This document shows, in pieces, positions 1-13,719 of a stretch of DNA of 64,000 nt. Where the stretch lies: contig OX597825.1 of the NCBI GenBank assembly GCA_951406725.2, positions 18,910,001 to 18,974,000 on the forward strand. Direction: 5' to 3'. The DNA comes from Octopus vulgaris (lineage: Eukaryota). Position 1 is the first letter of the stretch, and every line of letters starts with the position of its first letter. A program made the translations under genes and the position numbers. Below the pieces are notes generated by a model that made no database searches, was not told the DNA's origin, and saw only the letters and a program-made list of their open reading frames with translations.

Positions 1-560
1 CAAAGTGGACGAAACCTTTCCTATCCCACCAAACAGATAACAACTTACGTGGGTGAAGACCTTCTTTGGCCTGGGGTGCCAATGTTTCTCCTTTCTCTAC
101 CCATTTTCTTCTGCGCTTGACATTGTTAGAGAGAACCCGTCTCTCATCACCAGTCACTATTCGGCCCCCAAAATGTTCATTTGTGAGATGTAACAGCAAA
201 GGATCGCACGGTTAGACTCGCTAAGTTTGTAAGAAACACAATGACCCAATTTGCTGGCTTTTCCGATGGCATGCAGTGTTCGAGGATTGGTTGAATGACT
301 AGATCCAAGCTTCTCTGCTAGTTCCTCAGCCGTTACAGTGGGATTTTGGTCCACCAGGATTTGCAGAACGTCCTCATCGAGCTTTGCAGATTTTCCACGA
401 CGAGGTCCGTAGTTCCGGCTCAGAATTTTTGGAACCACCGTTGAGACTGGCTTATGTCTATTGTCCGATCCCCATTTATTGCATTCACATTCCTTACGCT
501 TGCCTTTGTGTTGCCTTTATTGAACTCACACAGCAAAATATGCCGAATATGTTCCCTTGT
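1..560 (-). mobile_element. Decayed mariner transposase fragment (HTH region to first catalytic Asp), runs off window start
   Basis: ORF 157..438 gives LDEDVLQILVDQNPTVTAEELAEKLGSSHST...IGKASKLG (mariner HTH region). The minus strand of 1-165 reads GRIVTGDERRVLSNNVKRRRKW...KLLSVWWDRKGFVHF (IVTGDE and VWWD motifs). Frameshifted. Confidence 0.88.
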
Positions 561-749
561 CATTTCCATTATAGCTTTGAAAAATAACTGTTAAACTCGA
601 ACTGCACTCTTCAAAACTTGCACTAAGAATAAGTCAAGGTAAAATTACTTCTTGCTTTTGTAGTAAGTTGATGCAGGTAGAGTATCCCGTCCCCCTCCGA
701 TTTTTACTTCATGCATTGAAAACATCGCATTATATATAATACATATTCA

Positions 750-1150
750 GGGCAGGGAACTGGCAGAATCGTTAGCACGCCGGGCGAAATACTTACCGGT
801 ATTTCGTCTGCCGTTACGTTCTGAGTTCAAATTCCGCCGAGGTCGACTTTGCCTTTCGTCCTTTCGGGGTCGAGTAAATAAGTACCAGTTACGCATTGGG
901 ATCGATATAATCGACTTAATCCGTTTGTCTGTCCTTGTTTGTCCCCTCTGTGTTTAGCCCCTTGTGGGTAGTAAAGAAATAGGTATTTCGTCTGCCGTTA
1001 CGTTCTGAGTTCAAATTTCACCGAGGTCGACTTTGCCCTTCATCCTCTCGGATTCAATAAAGTTAGTACCAGTTACGCACTGGGATCGATGTAATCGACT
1101 TAATCTCTTACCTTAAATTTGAGGCCTTGTGCTTCCACTAGTGAGGATTA
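750..1150 (+). mobile_element. tRNA-headed SINE, family A, with one internal ~184 bp tandem duplication
   Basis: A-box-like tggcagaatcgtt, B-box gagttcaaattcc, body gaggtcgactttgccttt...ggggtcga. Unit ggtatttcgtctg starts at 798 and again at 982. Many homologous copies in the window. Confidence 0.88.
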
Positions 1151-2002
1151 TTTATGGAATATACAATATATATGTATGCATACATTCACACGCATCATAA
1201 ACCGGTACGCTGATTTCTATATCACTTGCATAAACGTGCACAAGGACACTTACACACAAACACAACACACACACATATACATATATACACATGTGTATGT
1301 GAGAGAGAGTGTGTGGGTGAGGGGATGTGTGTATATTGAAGAGCAAGCATTTTCAAATCACCCTCATTTTTAAAGATCAAATATAATTCCTTTGAACTAT
1401 CTCAGTACATGCAGAATATATGTTAATCTTGAATGCAACCGAAGCAGCGGCCATCTTCATCAATGGATGAATAGAAGATGCTTGTTCTGTGAGAGACAGT
1501 AAAATATACAACCCACATGCAACTGATTCAGATACAGAACAAAAAAATAAAATGACAAACGACACAAGGAAATACCATAGCAAGCAAGCATCGCTTAAAA
1601 AGCAACATTCTAATTAGAGATACGATAATAATCCACGACATGTAACGGGATAAGAAAGGATACTGAAAACGATTATAATAGTATCATGCGTCATATGGTC
1701 ACTGTCAAATTGAATTGATTAAAGCAGTAGGTAACCAGTGAGGTAATCTACGTCAAGGTGATAACTATCCTCAGAGCAACTACCGTCTGTTGACAAGAGA
1801 ATAGAAAAACGGACGAAAGATTACGACATTAGAAACCTAGAATTTCTAAGAGATGCCTTGAAAAGCGCCCTAGAGAGGGAAAATTCGGTGAACGGATGTA
1901 AAGCCTTTGATTAGTAGAAACATGTGCGCATTTGTAGCATATATATAAATATTTATATATGCATGTATTTGCTATTGTGTGTATGAGACAAACACACAGA
2001 AA

Positions 2003-2118
2003 GATAGATAGATAAATAGACAGATGGTTAGATGGATAGAGAGAGAGAGAGAGAGAGAGAGTGAGAGATAGGTAGATAGATAGATCGATCGATGGATAGA
2101 TAGATAGAGAGAGATAGG

Positions 2119-2190
<72 letters not shown>
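2003..2190. repeat. Compound (GA)n/(GATA)n microsatellite
   Basis: Direct reading. Confidence 0.95.
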
Positions 2191-3083
2191 GGGGAGATGG
2201 GAAGAGATACAGAGAAATATCGATAGATACTGATATGTTTACTATGAAAATGTCTTCTTCTAGATACTCTATACTTGATAAGGAATATACTGGGCATTTA
2301 TAGAATATATTTGATCAGTGCTTCATTGAATAGAAAATCCAGTCACGCTTTGATTTACATTACAATAACTCACAAATTGACATTTAGAAGTTATTTAATT
2401 GCTCATGTATTAATTTCTACATCTTTATTAATTTGACATTTCCATTTAAAACCTCATATATTGGATGCATCTTAGAATTACGAAGTATTAGATTTCAAAT
2501 CCTTATCTAATATTTCGATTAACTAAAATATTAAATGCGAGAGTGTGCTGAAACCTTTCTGGTATTACGAACATCGCGAAAGGCCTAGTTAGACTCCCAG
2601 CGTTCGGAGTTCTATTAATTTGGGCTTAGAAAAAACTTTAAGGGTTTTATTTTTTGTAAATCTTAGTAAAACTGAAGGACTGTTATAATAAGTGTGTGAA
2701 TCTAAGAGGGGAATATGGTGAATAAAATCATATTTAACTGATCCCCCTGTATTTTGTTTTTACCCAAAGCCAGATTTTGAGCAACTCCATCCCACGTATA
2801 TGCTTAAAACTTAAAATGTAGCAATAATCTGTAAGTTAAACTCTGATCATTTTCATTTGGTCTTTTTAAATGCTGGCTCATTTTTTTTATACGTGTTAAT
2901 ATACGTATATGCACGTGGGTATATATATATTTATGCATTTGTCTGTGTGAGTGAGATAGACTGCGCAATACTCCCCGCCGTCCACCGATGGCTAGATCAA
3001 TGAACATCAGTTCTTTTCATCATGCATGGATTTGAGAACTCAATTTTGGAAACTGAACAATCACAAATGTATGTGTGTGTTTT

Positions 3084-3125
<42 letters not shown>

Positions 3126-3141
3126 ATTCCTGGTATATATA

Positions 3142-3346
3142 CGAGGGATTGCTGAGAAGTTCCTGGCTCTGAGTAAAAGAAAATATAGGAGAATCAGTTA
3201 ATGATGATTTTATTCAACATATTCACTTTCAGATCCACACATTTATTGCAGCGTTCCCAAGACCTATAAAAGAACTGGGAAGATATGGCCTCAACCCTGG
3301 CCATTCGCGATACCGTAAAAGCCAGGAAATTTTCAGTGTCTCCTCG
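3142..3346. mobile_element. Tc1/mariner-type MITE
   Basis: ta-cgagggattgctgagaagttcctggct ... agccaggaaattttcagtgtctcctcg-ta: imperfect TIRs with TA on both sides. Homolog at 50801. Confidence 0.8.
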
Positions 3347-3367
3347 TATATTTTTGAGATATTAAAG

Positions 3368-3490
3368 CGTCTACCAAATCCACTCACAATGACTTAGTGG
3401 TCCCAGGACTGAGATGAAACGTATCCCGCATTGGTATTGAACCCAACGTTACGTGGTAACAAAACCAGCTTCTTAACTACAAAGCTATAC
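3368..3490 (-). mobile_element. Degenerate SINE family B 5' fragment
   Basis: cgtctaccaaatccactcacaa matches family B copies at 26371 and 47287. Confidence 0.65.
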
Positions 3491-4564
3491 CTGTGTCTAT
3501 ATATGTATGTGTGTGTATACATTCTTCTTGCTTTATCAATACATGTATTAAATTTCGAGGTATGTATAGTCTCTAAACTATATACATTCCACATACATAT
3601 ACAGACACATATGTATATATATATACAACCTCGTCTTTATATTATATATACTAATTGATTGTCATTTTCATAAATTTGTGAACGCGCAACTTCGGTAGTA
3701 GCGGCAAGCAAGAACTGATTATCTCTTGCACCGTCTAAACGCTCGGTTGAATTCTCCGTGATGCTTTGTTGTTTTAGAAATCATCAAAGAGTTTTATCGA
3801 CTGAAGATTCTCCAATGTTCTAAGAAACTATAACATCATTATCTGAAAACCAGTTTCTGAATCGTGTAATTTGGTTTTCTGCAAATCCAAATACTTATAC
3901 ATCTAGAATAGCATGATTTAATTGACATCATTCAAGAGTATAAACTACTTACTTACAAACCAAGACGAAGTTTAAAAATATAATTTACAAGGTGTTTCAT
4001 ATAAATTCAAATTTTCTTTAGAAGTATGCAATGCAAAAGTCTATAAGTTTTGCAAAAGACTACGAGTGAAAAGGTCTCATTAACCTAGATTGTACTATAA
4101 GTTTAAATTGTAAATACGTGTGTTCAATATACGTATATATATGTATGGTATGTGTGTGTGTGTATATATATATACATACATATGTGCATATATGTATATA
4201 TGTGTATACACATACACACATATAGATAAATGTATGTGTGTATATATACATATATATGAATTTTTTTCCGTAATGAAATAAAAAACAAGCCTGAATAGAT
4301 ATTAGGCAAATTCATATATACACACGCTGATATAGAACCAACGTTAAACCCTTTATTCGCAATATTACCGAAACTGGAACTTAACTATGGTCTGTCTATA
4401 GCAATTATTCAGCATTACCTGACACCTTTGGGTCTCAATGACACCATTATCTCATATATATATTTTACTCAAGAAATGAAGAGGCAGGCTGTTATTGTCG
4501 TTGTAAATGCTGAGCATAGCAATTTAGAAATATCACAACTTTTAAAAGTTGCTAAATCTTTAGT

Positions 4565-5165
4565 CTAAGTTTGTAAGGAGCTAGAGACTGAAGAGAGGAA
4601 TGCATCACCAGACGAAAAACCACATTGGAAACAGTGCGGAAAATGGTGGCTAGAGAGAGGCAAGACTTTGCATAAGCTCAGACCGCAGTAGTGTGACAGA
4701 GTCGGAAACAAGCAAAATCCTCTGGGATTTCCCAATCCAAATACATCAGATGCTAGAGAATAACAGACTGGACTTAGTGATGGAGAAAAAGTTGTCCTAC
4801 ATATGCTATATAGTAGATATTGCATGCCCCTTTGGCCCAGTAAAGTCAAGAAGGAAGATGAAATGATAGATAGATACAAACCTATTAAGTACGAAATAGA
4901 CCGCCTATGGAAAATGAAGAAGGTGGAAGATATTGCCAATTATTATTAGATCCTTTGGAACAGTAACAGAAGACATGAAGTGGAATGTAAAGGAAATTAG
5001 AATATAGTGCCCAGTTAACGGAGCATTGGGTTTAATACCACTCAATCTATAAAAAATACCCAACAATCTACCGTTTGTCTGAGGTCCTTGTTGAGACATG
5101 ACATATAGTTCAAACACCTGGTAGGCATGATATCTGTAATCAACAACCTCACGACATTGTATGCT
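4565..5165 (+). mobile_element. Degenerate RLE-type (R4/Dong-like) LINE 3' end
   Basis: Reads ...CYIVDIACPFG...IDRYKPIKYEIDRLWKMKKVEDIA (restriction-like endonuclease C-terminus) plus 3' UTR, followed by (AAT)n. Paralog at 16395-16910. Confidence 0.75.
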
Positions 5166-5228
5166 GTGCGACGTCTATAATAATAATAATGATAATAATA
5201 ATGATAAAATAATAATAATAATAATAAC

Positions 5229-5781
<553 letters not shown>

Positions 5782-5800
5782 TTAATAATAATAATAAGGG

Positions 5801-6553
5801 ACAGAGGGATTTTTAATTGCAGCACAAGACCAAAGCCTCCCCACCAGAAATTACCAAAAACATGTAATGAAAAGAAATATTACAAGTAACTGCAGAATAT
5901 GTGGAGATGGACAAGAAACAATAAATCATATTATCTCTAGCTGCCCAGTCCTGGCTAAGAAGGAATATATTCACAGACATGACAGAGTTGGAACCTACAT
6001 ACATTGGAAGCTATGCCAACATTATGGAATAACAACAGAAAAAAGATGGTATAGGCACACACTAGAAAAGGTCACAGAAAACGAGAAAGCAACCATACTC
6101 TGGGATATGCCGATACACACAGATAGAGAAATTAAGGCCAACAGACCAGATATAGTTGTCAGATACCATGAAGAAAAAAATGCTTTCTAATTGATGTATC
6201 AATACCGGCAGATGACAACGTGCCTCTAAAAGAAATGGAGAAACTCTCAAAATACAAAGACCTGGAAATAGAGGTAACTAGAATGTGGAATCTGAAAACA
6301 GAAACAATTCCTATCATAGTAGGTGCATTAGGCATGATAAAAAAATATTCAGACAAATACATAGCAAAAACAGCAGGACTTACAAACACATATAACATAC
6401 AGAAAATTGCACTACTAGGCACTGCACACATCCTACGCAGAACACTTTCCATACAATAACCATCAGAGCATCACAACAAATCACAGCACATACCCAAGGC
6501 ACACAGAGCTGCGCTCGGTAGTGAAGTGAAAGCACGCTATAAAAATAAAACTA

Positions 6554-6557
<4 letters not shown>
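5801..6557 (+). mobile_element. 5'-truncated R4/Dong-like LINE (family 2): CCHC zinc knuckle and PD-(D/E)xK endonuclease, one frameshift
   Basis: TEGFLIAAQDQSLPTRNY...CRICGDGQETINHIISSC...RHD...NRPDIVV / FLIDVSIP...KLSKYKDLEIE...PIIVGALG...KIALLGTAHILRRTLSIQ*. Frameshift in the A-run near 6174-6180. (AAT)n on both flanks. Confidence 0.93.
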
Positions 6558-6639
<82 letters not shown>

Positions 6640-6682
6640 TAATAATAATAATAATAATAATGATAATAAAAATAATAATAAT

Positions 6683-7061
6683 ACTGATGCAGTACCAAGC
6701 AGTGGCACCTGATTTTAACTGATTGAAAGTGTTATCATGTACATTGTTTTGTCTTGGTATAAAAAATGGGCTAAAGCAAATATTCTGCTCAATACCACAG
6801 ACTTGCTTGTCAGTTGTTTGACCTTAACCAGTTTGAATAATGCAGCGCTGAGCGGGATGGGTTAATCGACCCGAAGAAAATACTAACTAGGCCCCTCCTG
6901 CTAGGTCTTGTGCTGTGAATCTTGATATGAGATCACCATGTCGCGCACATATGGTTGTGATGTATTGCTTGGTGTACCCTTATCAGAGGGTAGTCATGAT
7001 GGTTATAATAGGCTTCGTATATTTCACCCTAGTTTTACTTTGATGCACTGCTCTCTCACTC

Positions 7062-7062
<1 letters not shown>
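6683..7062 (+). mobile_element. Non-coding (AAT)n-associated retroposon 'X', internally deleted copy
   Basis: Homologous to 7131-7690; ends ctctctcactcaataataat. Confidence 0.8.
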
Positions 7063-7130
<68 letters not shown>

Positions 7131-7134
<4 letters not shown>

Positions 7135-7690
7135 GCCCTGATGCAGTACCAGGCAGTGGCTCTCATGGCTTCTGATCTTAACTGATTGGAAGTGTCATCA
7201 TGTACATTGTTCTGTCTTGGTATAAAAGATGGGCTACAGCAAATATTCTGCTCAACACCACAGATTTGCTTGTCAGTTGTTTGACCTTAACCAGTTGAGC
7301 ATGTCCCTTAGTGGCTGACGATATGTGCATCTCTGATCACGAGCAGAAGTAGTGGGGGAGCATCATAGCCATGTGTTGAGAGGGATTCTTTGGGGTTTGA
7401 ATACTTCACCTCTGGAAACATGGGTGGTTATTTCAACATCCTTAAACAACCCTTATTGAGGGACCGTTTGAACGGGATGGGCAACTCAACCTGAAGAAAA
7501 TTCTAACTGGGCCCCACCTGCAAGGTCATGTGCTGTTTATCTTGATATGAGATCACCATGTCGCGCACATGTGGTTGTGATGCATGTGCCTGGTGTACCT
7601 TTATCAGACGGGTAGTCATGATGGGTATATTGGGCTTCGTATATTTTACCCCAGTGTCACTTTGATGGCATGCACTGCTCTCTCACTCAA
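7131..7690 (+). mobile_element. Non-coding (AAT)n-associated retroposon 'X', longest copy (~560 bp)
   Basis: Five copies in the window (6683, 7131, 41430, 48603, 56032) share the 3' end gcactgctctctcactc-(aat)n and all sit next to (AAT)n. Confidence 0.85.
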
Positions 7691-9158
7691 TAATAATAAT
7701 AATAATAATAATATAGTAGCAAATGTATATTTATAATGATGAAAATATAATATAAACCATTATCTATTTATCCCATCCTTCATGTCTTGTTTCCATATCT
7801 ATAAATACTAAGCTGAGAGAAACCATGTATATATTATTAAAGAATACACTACATTCAGTTGTCTTGCACCGCATATCATTGTGTATATCTGGATCAAATA
7901 TACAACTGCATACCTCAGTAGTTCAGTATCAAGACTAGTAGGCTTTGACTTAGGTGTTACGACCTACTAATGGGTGATCTTAAGCATTTATGTGCCACGT
8001 TGAAAAGTGGCAACTATTATTTAAAACATTTAAAGTTAATGATCATAATTTCTTCAGTTATACGGCAATAATGAAGCCCATAAAAGCCATTGCTTTCGTT
8101 TAACATGTATAACATTACAAAAATAATTCGATTATATGGTGCCTTTCATGCTAAATAAGATAATCGTATAGTGAAATAGCACTAAAGGTAAGTATTTAGG
8201 TAAATTTAAATGCACATCAAAATTTCGTATGTCAATTTAAGTATCGTTCTTTGTAGTGCAACAAATTTCATTACGCATTTAGCTTACACAAATTGTTCTA
8301 TTTCCTCGAAAGCTCTTCATTTGCGTTATTTTTGCTGCTTACATTTTATCTTGTTTTGGATCAAAGAGGACGAAAATATAAAAGCATGAAAATATAAAAT
8401 CTCAAGATTGTGCAGAAACAAAAGAAAGTGTCAATTCGTAATGAAGGAGTTGAATTTGAGGACATTCTTACACAATAGCACGTTTTCTACGGAATTGCTC
8501 ATGAGGCACGCACAATGCCAGTAAGCGTGCATAGAAAGCATGACATGTACGAAGAGATATATTGCCTCCGGGCAGTTTTTCAGTTGGCATTCATACAAAT
8601 ATAGATACATTTTTCGTACAAAAATTTATCATAAAATGGTGACTGCATATGCCTCTATATGTACGCATTATGTATGTATGTATGTATATATTTATGCTTG
8701 TATGTATGTATACATACATGTATATATACATGTATATATACATGTGTGTATACATAAATACATACATACATGTATGTCGTTAAAACTATTTACAATGCCA
8801 TTCGCAAAACGAGACTGTCTTGAAATAAACTTAGAAAATCCCTCTCTTATGGAATACATTCATAAATATCAACTCAAAGAATACTGGTGTAATATTCCCA
8901 TCAAATATAAAGGAAGAGCGAAATTATGTGGTTTGGTAGTCTCAGTGCTGGGGTTGGTGGATATTTATATCACCGCTAGCGCACATTTTGCACGAAAAGC
9001 CATAATGAGAAATTCTCTCATGATAACTACCGCAGTATAGCTTCTTCTAACAGAACAACCACATTTGAGTGGGGATAAATATTACCTAACAATCTTAAAT
9101 ATGAGTAAAAAACCATCATCACTAAACCAAGCTATGTATTTATTTCCTTAACATTATA

Positions 9159-9379
9159 CAGTAGTATCTCGCCATATCGCGGTTCACCTATCGCGGTTTA
9201 TTATTTAAGATTATGGCTATTCCTCTGTGGCATTGCCTTGTATTTATAATAAAATAAGTATATACAAATTATAAAAACAAAATATATATATATACAATAC
9301 AGTATTGTTTCTACTTCACGGATTTTTACCTATTGCGTGGGGTGGGAACGTAACACCCACGATTGTCGAGGAATTACTG
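9159..9379. mobile_element. pogo/Tigger-like MITE
   Basis: ta-cagtagtatctcgccatatcgcgg ... cccacgattgtcgaggaattactg-ta: CAGT-type TIRs with TA flanks. Confidence 0.7.
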
Positions 9380-9694
9380 TACATGTATTTGGTTAAACAG
9401 TAAGTCGTTTGTTTTGTTTAACAAAACAACTGTTTAAGCAAATTAGATATACTATCAATTAGTATGTTAATAATGTTGTTACAATGAGTTTCCCTAGACA
9501 CAGCAAAATATGTATATGTATTTATATATATAAATTAGAGAAAAACCACTATTATGCAATTCAAAGATAGATAGAAACAAAATCACAAAGAAAAGATAAA
9601 ATACATTATAAAACACAACTAGATCACAAAAATTACAAAAAGTAATAAACAATATATAATGATAATATTATTATATGTAAATGTGTCTATGTAG

Positions 9695-9866
9695 TGGAAG
9701 CACCTAATGGTTAAAGCTGCATACTCGCGGTCGAGGGATTGCAGGTTCAAATCTCAGACGGGGCTCCGGTAGAAGGTAATGGCTACCTTCTGCTGACACT
9801 TTCGTTACAACTTTCTCTCACTCTTTCCTCCTGTATCTAATAGCTCATCCGCAACGGACCGACGTT
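9695..9866 (+). mobile_element. SINE group C (head H1, partial tail T3), deleted
   Basis: Homologous to 13720 and 60619. Confidence 0.7.
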
Positions 9867-9868
9867 TA

Positions 9869-9884
9869 AGGTGCCTTGAGGAAA

Positions 9885-9921
<37 letters not shown>

Positions 9922-10106
9922 GTTAATATCATTATTGTTGTTGTTGTTATTGTTGTTGCTGTTATTGTTATTGTTCAGGTCACTGCTTGGAATCGAACTC
10001 GGAATCTTCAGGTTAGTAGCCCTTTGCTCTTAACCGCTACGCCTACGGGCATATGGCGTAGTGTAACTACTAACACCAAGTTTCTGAGTTCGATTCCAAG
10101 CAGTAA

Positions 10107-10162
<56 letters not shown>

Positions 10163-10310
10163 TCGAAAAATAGAAATGAGAACCCAGGTTCGAAAGTTCT
10201 TTAGGACACCTGAAGAAGGTGTTAACAACACACAAGATGAGGACAAATATGCGTCAAATATAAATAATGTAACTAACGTACACAATTCCTCGTCTCTTAG
10301 ATATAGAACT
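9869..10310. mobile_element. Palindromic element: two head-to-head tRNA-like heads, each followed by (AAT)n, with a hammerhead remnant in the right arm
   Basis: 9974-10043 (minus) and 10055-10112 (plus) are inverted copies of ggcgtag...ctactaac...gagttcgattccaagcagt(g/a)acctgaa. Flanking (TAT)n and (AAT)n are symmetric. acac-CTGAAGA-ag-gtgt at 10206-10222. Confidence 0.75.
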
Positions 10311-10965
10311 GTACCATTTCATTTCTCCAGTACGCTGTTTTAGGAAAGGCGCGGATGAAAGTATCAGTTACGATATCAGTTACTTTCATTATTTTATCGA
10401 GATGTCTTATATAAGAAACTGTTCTTGGAGAGTGTGATAGCTGTTGGGAAGAAGGGTTTCTATGTTTCTGCAGTGAATGTGTTATTGTGGATTTTATCTT
10501 TAAAAAATTCTGTAACATTTTTCATCAATATATCTCTAAAAATTATAACATGCTTTTGGCTATTTATCAGATTATTTGAAGATTTTTTTTTTTTTTCTGT
10601 ATTACAAGAAGCTTCCGCTGTGTTTACTGTACAGAAAGATAGTTTTTGCGATGCAGTGAAACCAAGTCTGTTGCGAGAACAACTAGCTACTCCGTATTCA
10701 AAAGATACTGATAAATCTATTCAATTTAATACTGCATGAATGATTTTAAAATAGCTTTGTAACACCGTATATTTCAGAAACAAATACAAATAAAGGAGCT
10801 GGATAAACGGCAAATTATCGAATATCAAAACTAATTGAAAACTGTGGTAGGAGCCCTAATGATAATGAGACAAATATCTACTTACATATTACTTAAGATC
10901 TATCACAAGTTACAAGAATATTACATGTTCATTATTACGCGTAACACGAAGCATTCATGAAATAG

Positions 10966-10999
<34 letters not shown>

Positions 11000-11003
11000 A
11001 ACA

Positions 11004-11037
<34 letters not shown>

Positions 11038-11106
11038 ATAATAATAATAATAATAATAGTAATAGTAATATTAATAATAATAATAAAAATAATAGTAGTA
11101 GTAGTA

Positions 11107-11153
<47 letters not shown>

Positions 11154-11188
11154 TATTATTATTATTATTATTATCCTTATTATTATTA

Positions 11189-11229
<41 letters not shown>
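10966..11229. repeat. Compound (ACT)n/(AAT)n/(TAT)n microsatellite with strand switch at ~11152
   Basis: Direct reading. Confidence 0.92.
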
Positions 11230-11231
<2 letters not shown>

Positions 11232-11650
11232 GGTACGGCCACAAACCTGAAGGCATCGTCGAAAATAGAAATGTAAAGACCGTATGGGATTTTATGATCC
11301 AGTGCGACCGTGAGACAGAGAATAGGAAACCAGACATAGTGTTAAATGAGAAAGAAAACAAACTATGCTGGATCATATATATAGCATGTCCAGCTGACAA
11401 CAAGGTAAGCGATAAGGAAGAAAGAAAATTCGAGAGATATGACAGGTTAGCTTGGGATGTTAAGCAGTTGTGGACGATGGAAAAGGTAGTAGTAGTACCA
11501 ATAATTATCAGGGCCCTGGGAACAGTGAGCAAAAATCTCGAGAAGTGCGTGGAACAAATAAGGGCTGCAATAAAGATGGACCACTTGCAGAAAACAGCAC
11601 TGCAACCGCTCGAATACTGCGGAAGGTGCTCAAAAAATAAAAGGTGTTAC
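11230..11650 (+). mobile_element. R4/Dong-like LINE endonuclease fragment (family 3)
   Basis: ORF 11189..11722 contains WYGHKPEGIVEN...VWDFMIQCDRETENRKPDIVL...IACP...KFERYDRLAWDVKQLW...VPIIIRALGTV...LQKTAL. Confidence 0.9.
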
Positions 11651-11659
11651 CTTTACACT

Positions 11660-12093
11660 ATATATACAAGACCTGAAATTTCGGGGAAAGGGATAGTCGA
11701 TTACATTGACCCCAGTACTTGACTTGTATTTATGTTATCGACCCCAAAATGATGAATGGCAAAGTCGACCTCGGCGGAATTTAAACTCAGAACATAAAGA
11801 TAGACAAAATGCCGCTAAGTATTTTTCGCCCGCGTGCTAACGATTCAGCCAGCTCGCCTCTTTAATGATGATGATAATAATAATAATAATAATGACACAA
11901 GACCTGCAATTTATTTAGTGTGGGGTAAGTCGATAATATCAACCCTAGTGTTTGATTGGTACTTATGTTATCGACTCCGAAATGAGGAAAGGCAAAGCCG
12001 ACCTCGGCGGAATTTGAACTCAGATCGGTAAGATGGAGGAAATGCCACTAAATGTTTCGCCCGGCTTGCTAACGATTCTGCCAGCTTGCCGTC
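11660..12093 (-). mobile_element. Two tandem SINE family A copies (11660-11859, 11895-12093)
   Basis: Reverse complement of family A: aaagtcgacctcggcggaattt...ctcaga...ctaacgatt...ccagct. Confidence 0.85.
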
Positions 12094-12645
12094 TTATTAA
12101 TAATAGTAATAATGATGGTACTACTCTTTAATTTCCATCGTTTTCAATGGAGATAAGCGAGGCTTATACCGCAGATAATATTATTTATTGATGGTATTTT
12201 TTATGAAAATGTTCTAATGTCAGTTACTTTAAATAGTATATGATATAAAAGGATTGTCAATGTATTTTCCGCTGCGAAATTGTACATTGCCAAAAAGTAA
12301 TATTGATTTCGATATAATTACTGTATGCACTGTTGGTTGAACACCAACAACAATAGGCCGCTATTACGGTGCTTTGTTTATTTATTTCTTTTTTAACTTA
12401 TGTGTTAAAGGAAGTTGAAAATGGACTTTTTCTTTTTTCTTTAGATTTTTTGGGTGTGATGTTGTGTGTGCGATCTTTGGATGCGAAAATTTCGAGTATG
12501 GTGAATGTAAGTACTAATCAAAATTTTGACCGTATCAAATGTCAAAATTCAGACGACTTTAAGTTGTTATCTTGAAAAAAAATTCATTGATTTTCAAAGG
12601 GCATATTTTTCATCGGTCTTGCTGGAATTGATCAGTTAGAAACTG

Positions 12646-13052
12646 GGATCTTTTCGGTTTGAACGGCAGTTTTTAAAATAATTTCTATGTAACTAAAAAA
12701 TTTTAAACTTCGTATACTGGTAGAATGTGTTTATAGAACATCTTTTTCTCTTGGCTTTATTGAGAAAATCCTATAGTTTGTAAGATATTTGTTGTTTTTT
12801 TCTTCAATTTCTGCAATTTCAACCAATCAATTACTTCCATTGAGGTCAAAAACATTCTGTGCCGTATGAATATGTCCCTCGTTTAAGAAACAGATTGGGT
12901 TTATTTACATTTGTGAAGGAAAAAAGATACCCTTCCTCCACCCCTAACCCTAAAACATTGAAATGCAATAGATCGATAATAGGGTCATAATTATGGGTGA
13001 CAAATTCATATGAAACCGCTAGAAAAAACTGCCGTTCAAACCGAAAAGATCC
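12646..13052. mobile_element. ~405 bp MITE with ~28 bp TIRs (GGATCTTTTCGGTTTGAACGGCAGTTTT) and 7-8 bp target duplication
   Basis: Exact TIR pair; flanks agaaactg (12638-45) and tgaaactg (13053-60); internal ccctaaccctaa; inverted second copy at 15907. Confidence 0.9.
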
Positions 13053-13719
13053 TGAAACTGATCCATGGTAAAACTTAAAAAGAAAAAAAAAACTGCTATG
13101 CATTTAGAACGATTAACGTTTTAAGAGATATCAAATAATATACATTTACAAATTTACGGAGCCACTTATTAAATAAAAAATTGTTGTTTTTTTATTTAAG
13201 TCATATTTGCTTTTTTATTGTACTATATCTATAAATATATCAAAAGAATTACTCAGCCTAAATTATAATGAAGTAAGGAAATAAAATTTCATTAGTGGTG
13301 GTCGAAAGAAATTCTAGCGACAATAGTAAATAATGCCTTAGTCTTACCCAAACATAATATAGATTCTGAAATTTAATTTCCTGCTCTTATCTAACTTATA
13401 TCTAGTCGAATCAGGTTTTAGTGTCGTAAAACATAAAATCACAAGAAAAAAAAAAAAGAAATGAAGTAAAATGTCTAAAAATCGCTGTAAAGAAGACATT
13501 GTTTCTCACAAATGAAGTATATACGGTTTAGCTTGCAAGTATCAGGTTCAAGTCATGTACTAGAAGACGAGAAGAGCAAATTCAAAGAATTGTAATGTTT
13601 CGTTGTAAAGTTTGTTTCGTTTGGAATAATGATAAGCTGTGTAGAAATGCTTTCCTAAGATCAGAAACGTTGGCACCAAACAGAAACATTTTGAAAAGAA
13701 ATAATTTCTTTTCTTAGTA

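Noticed and set aside
8540-9040. 166-aa ORF
   Set aside because: Contains a (TATG)n tract and no recognisable motif; the YWCNIPI resemblance to Penelope N-termini is too weak to call
9974-10112. tRNA genes
   Set aside because: A and B boxes are present but the acceptor stem is poor and one copy has a deletion; treated as SINE-type heads
12941-12954. Telomeric CCCTAA repeat
   Set aside because: Only two units, internal to a MITE
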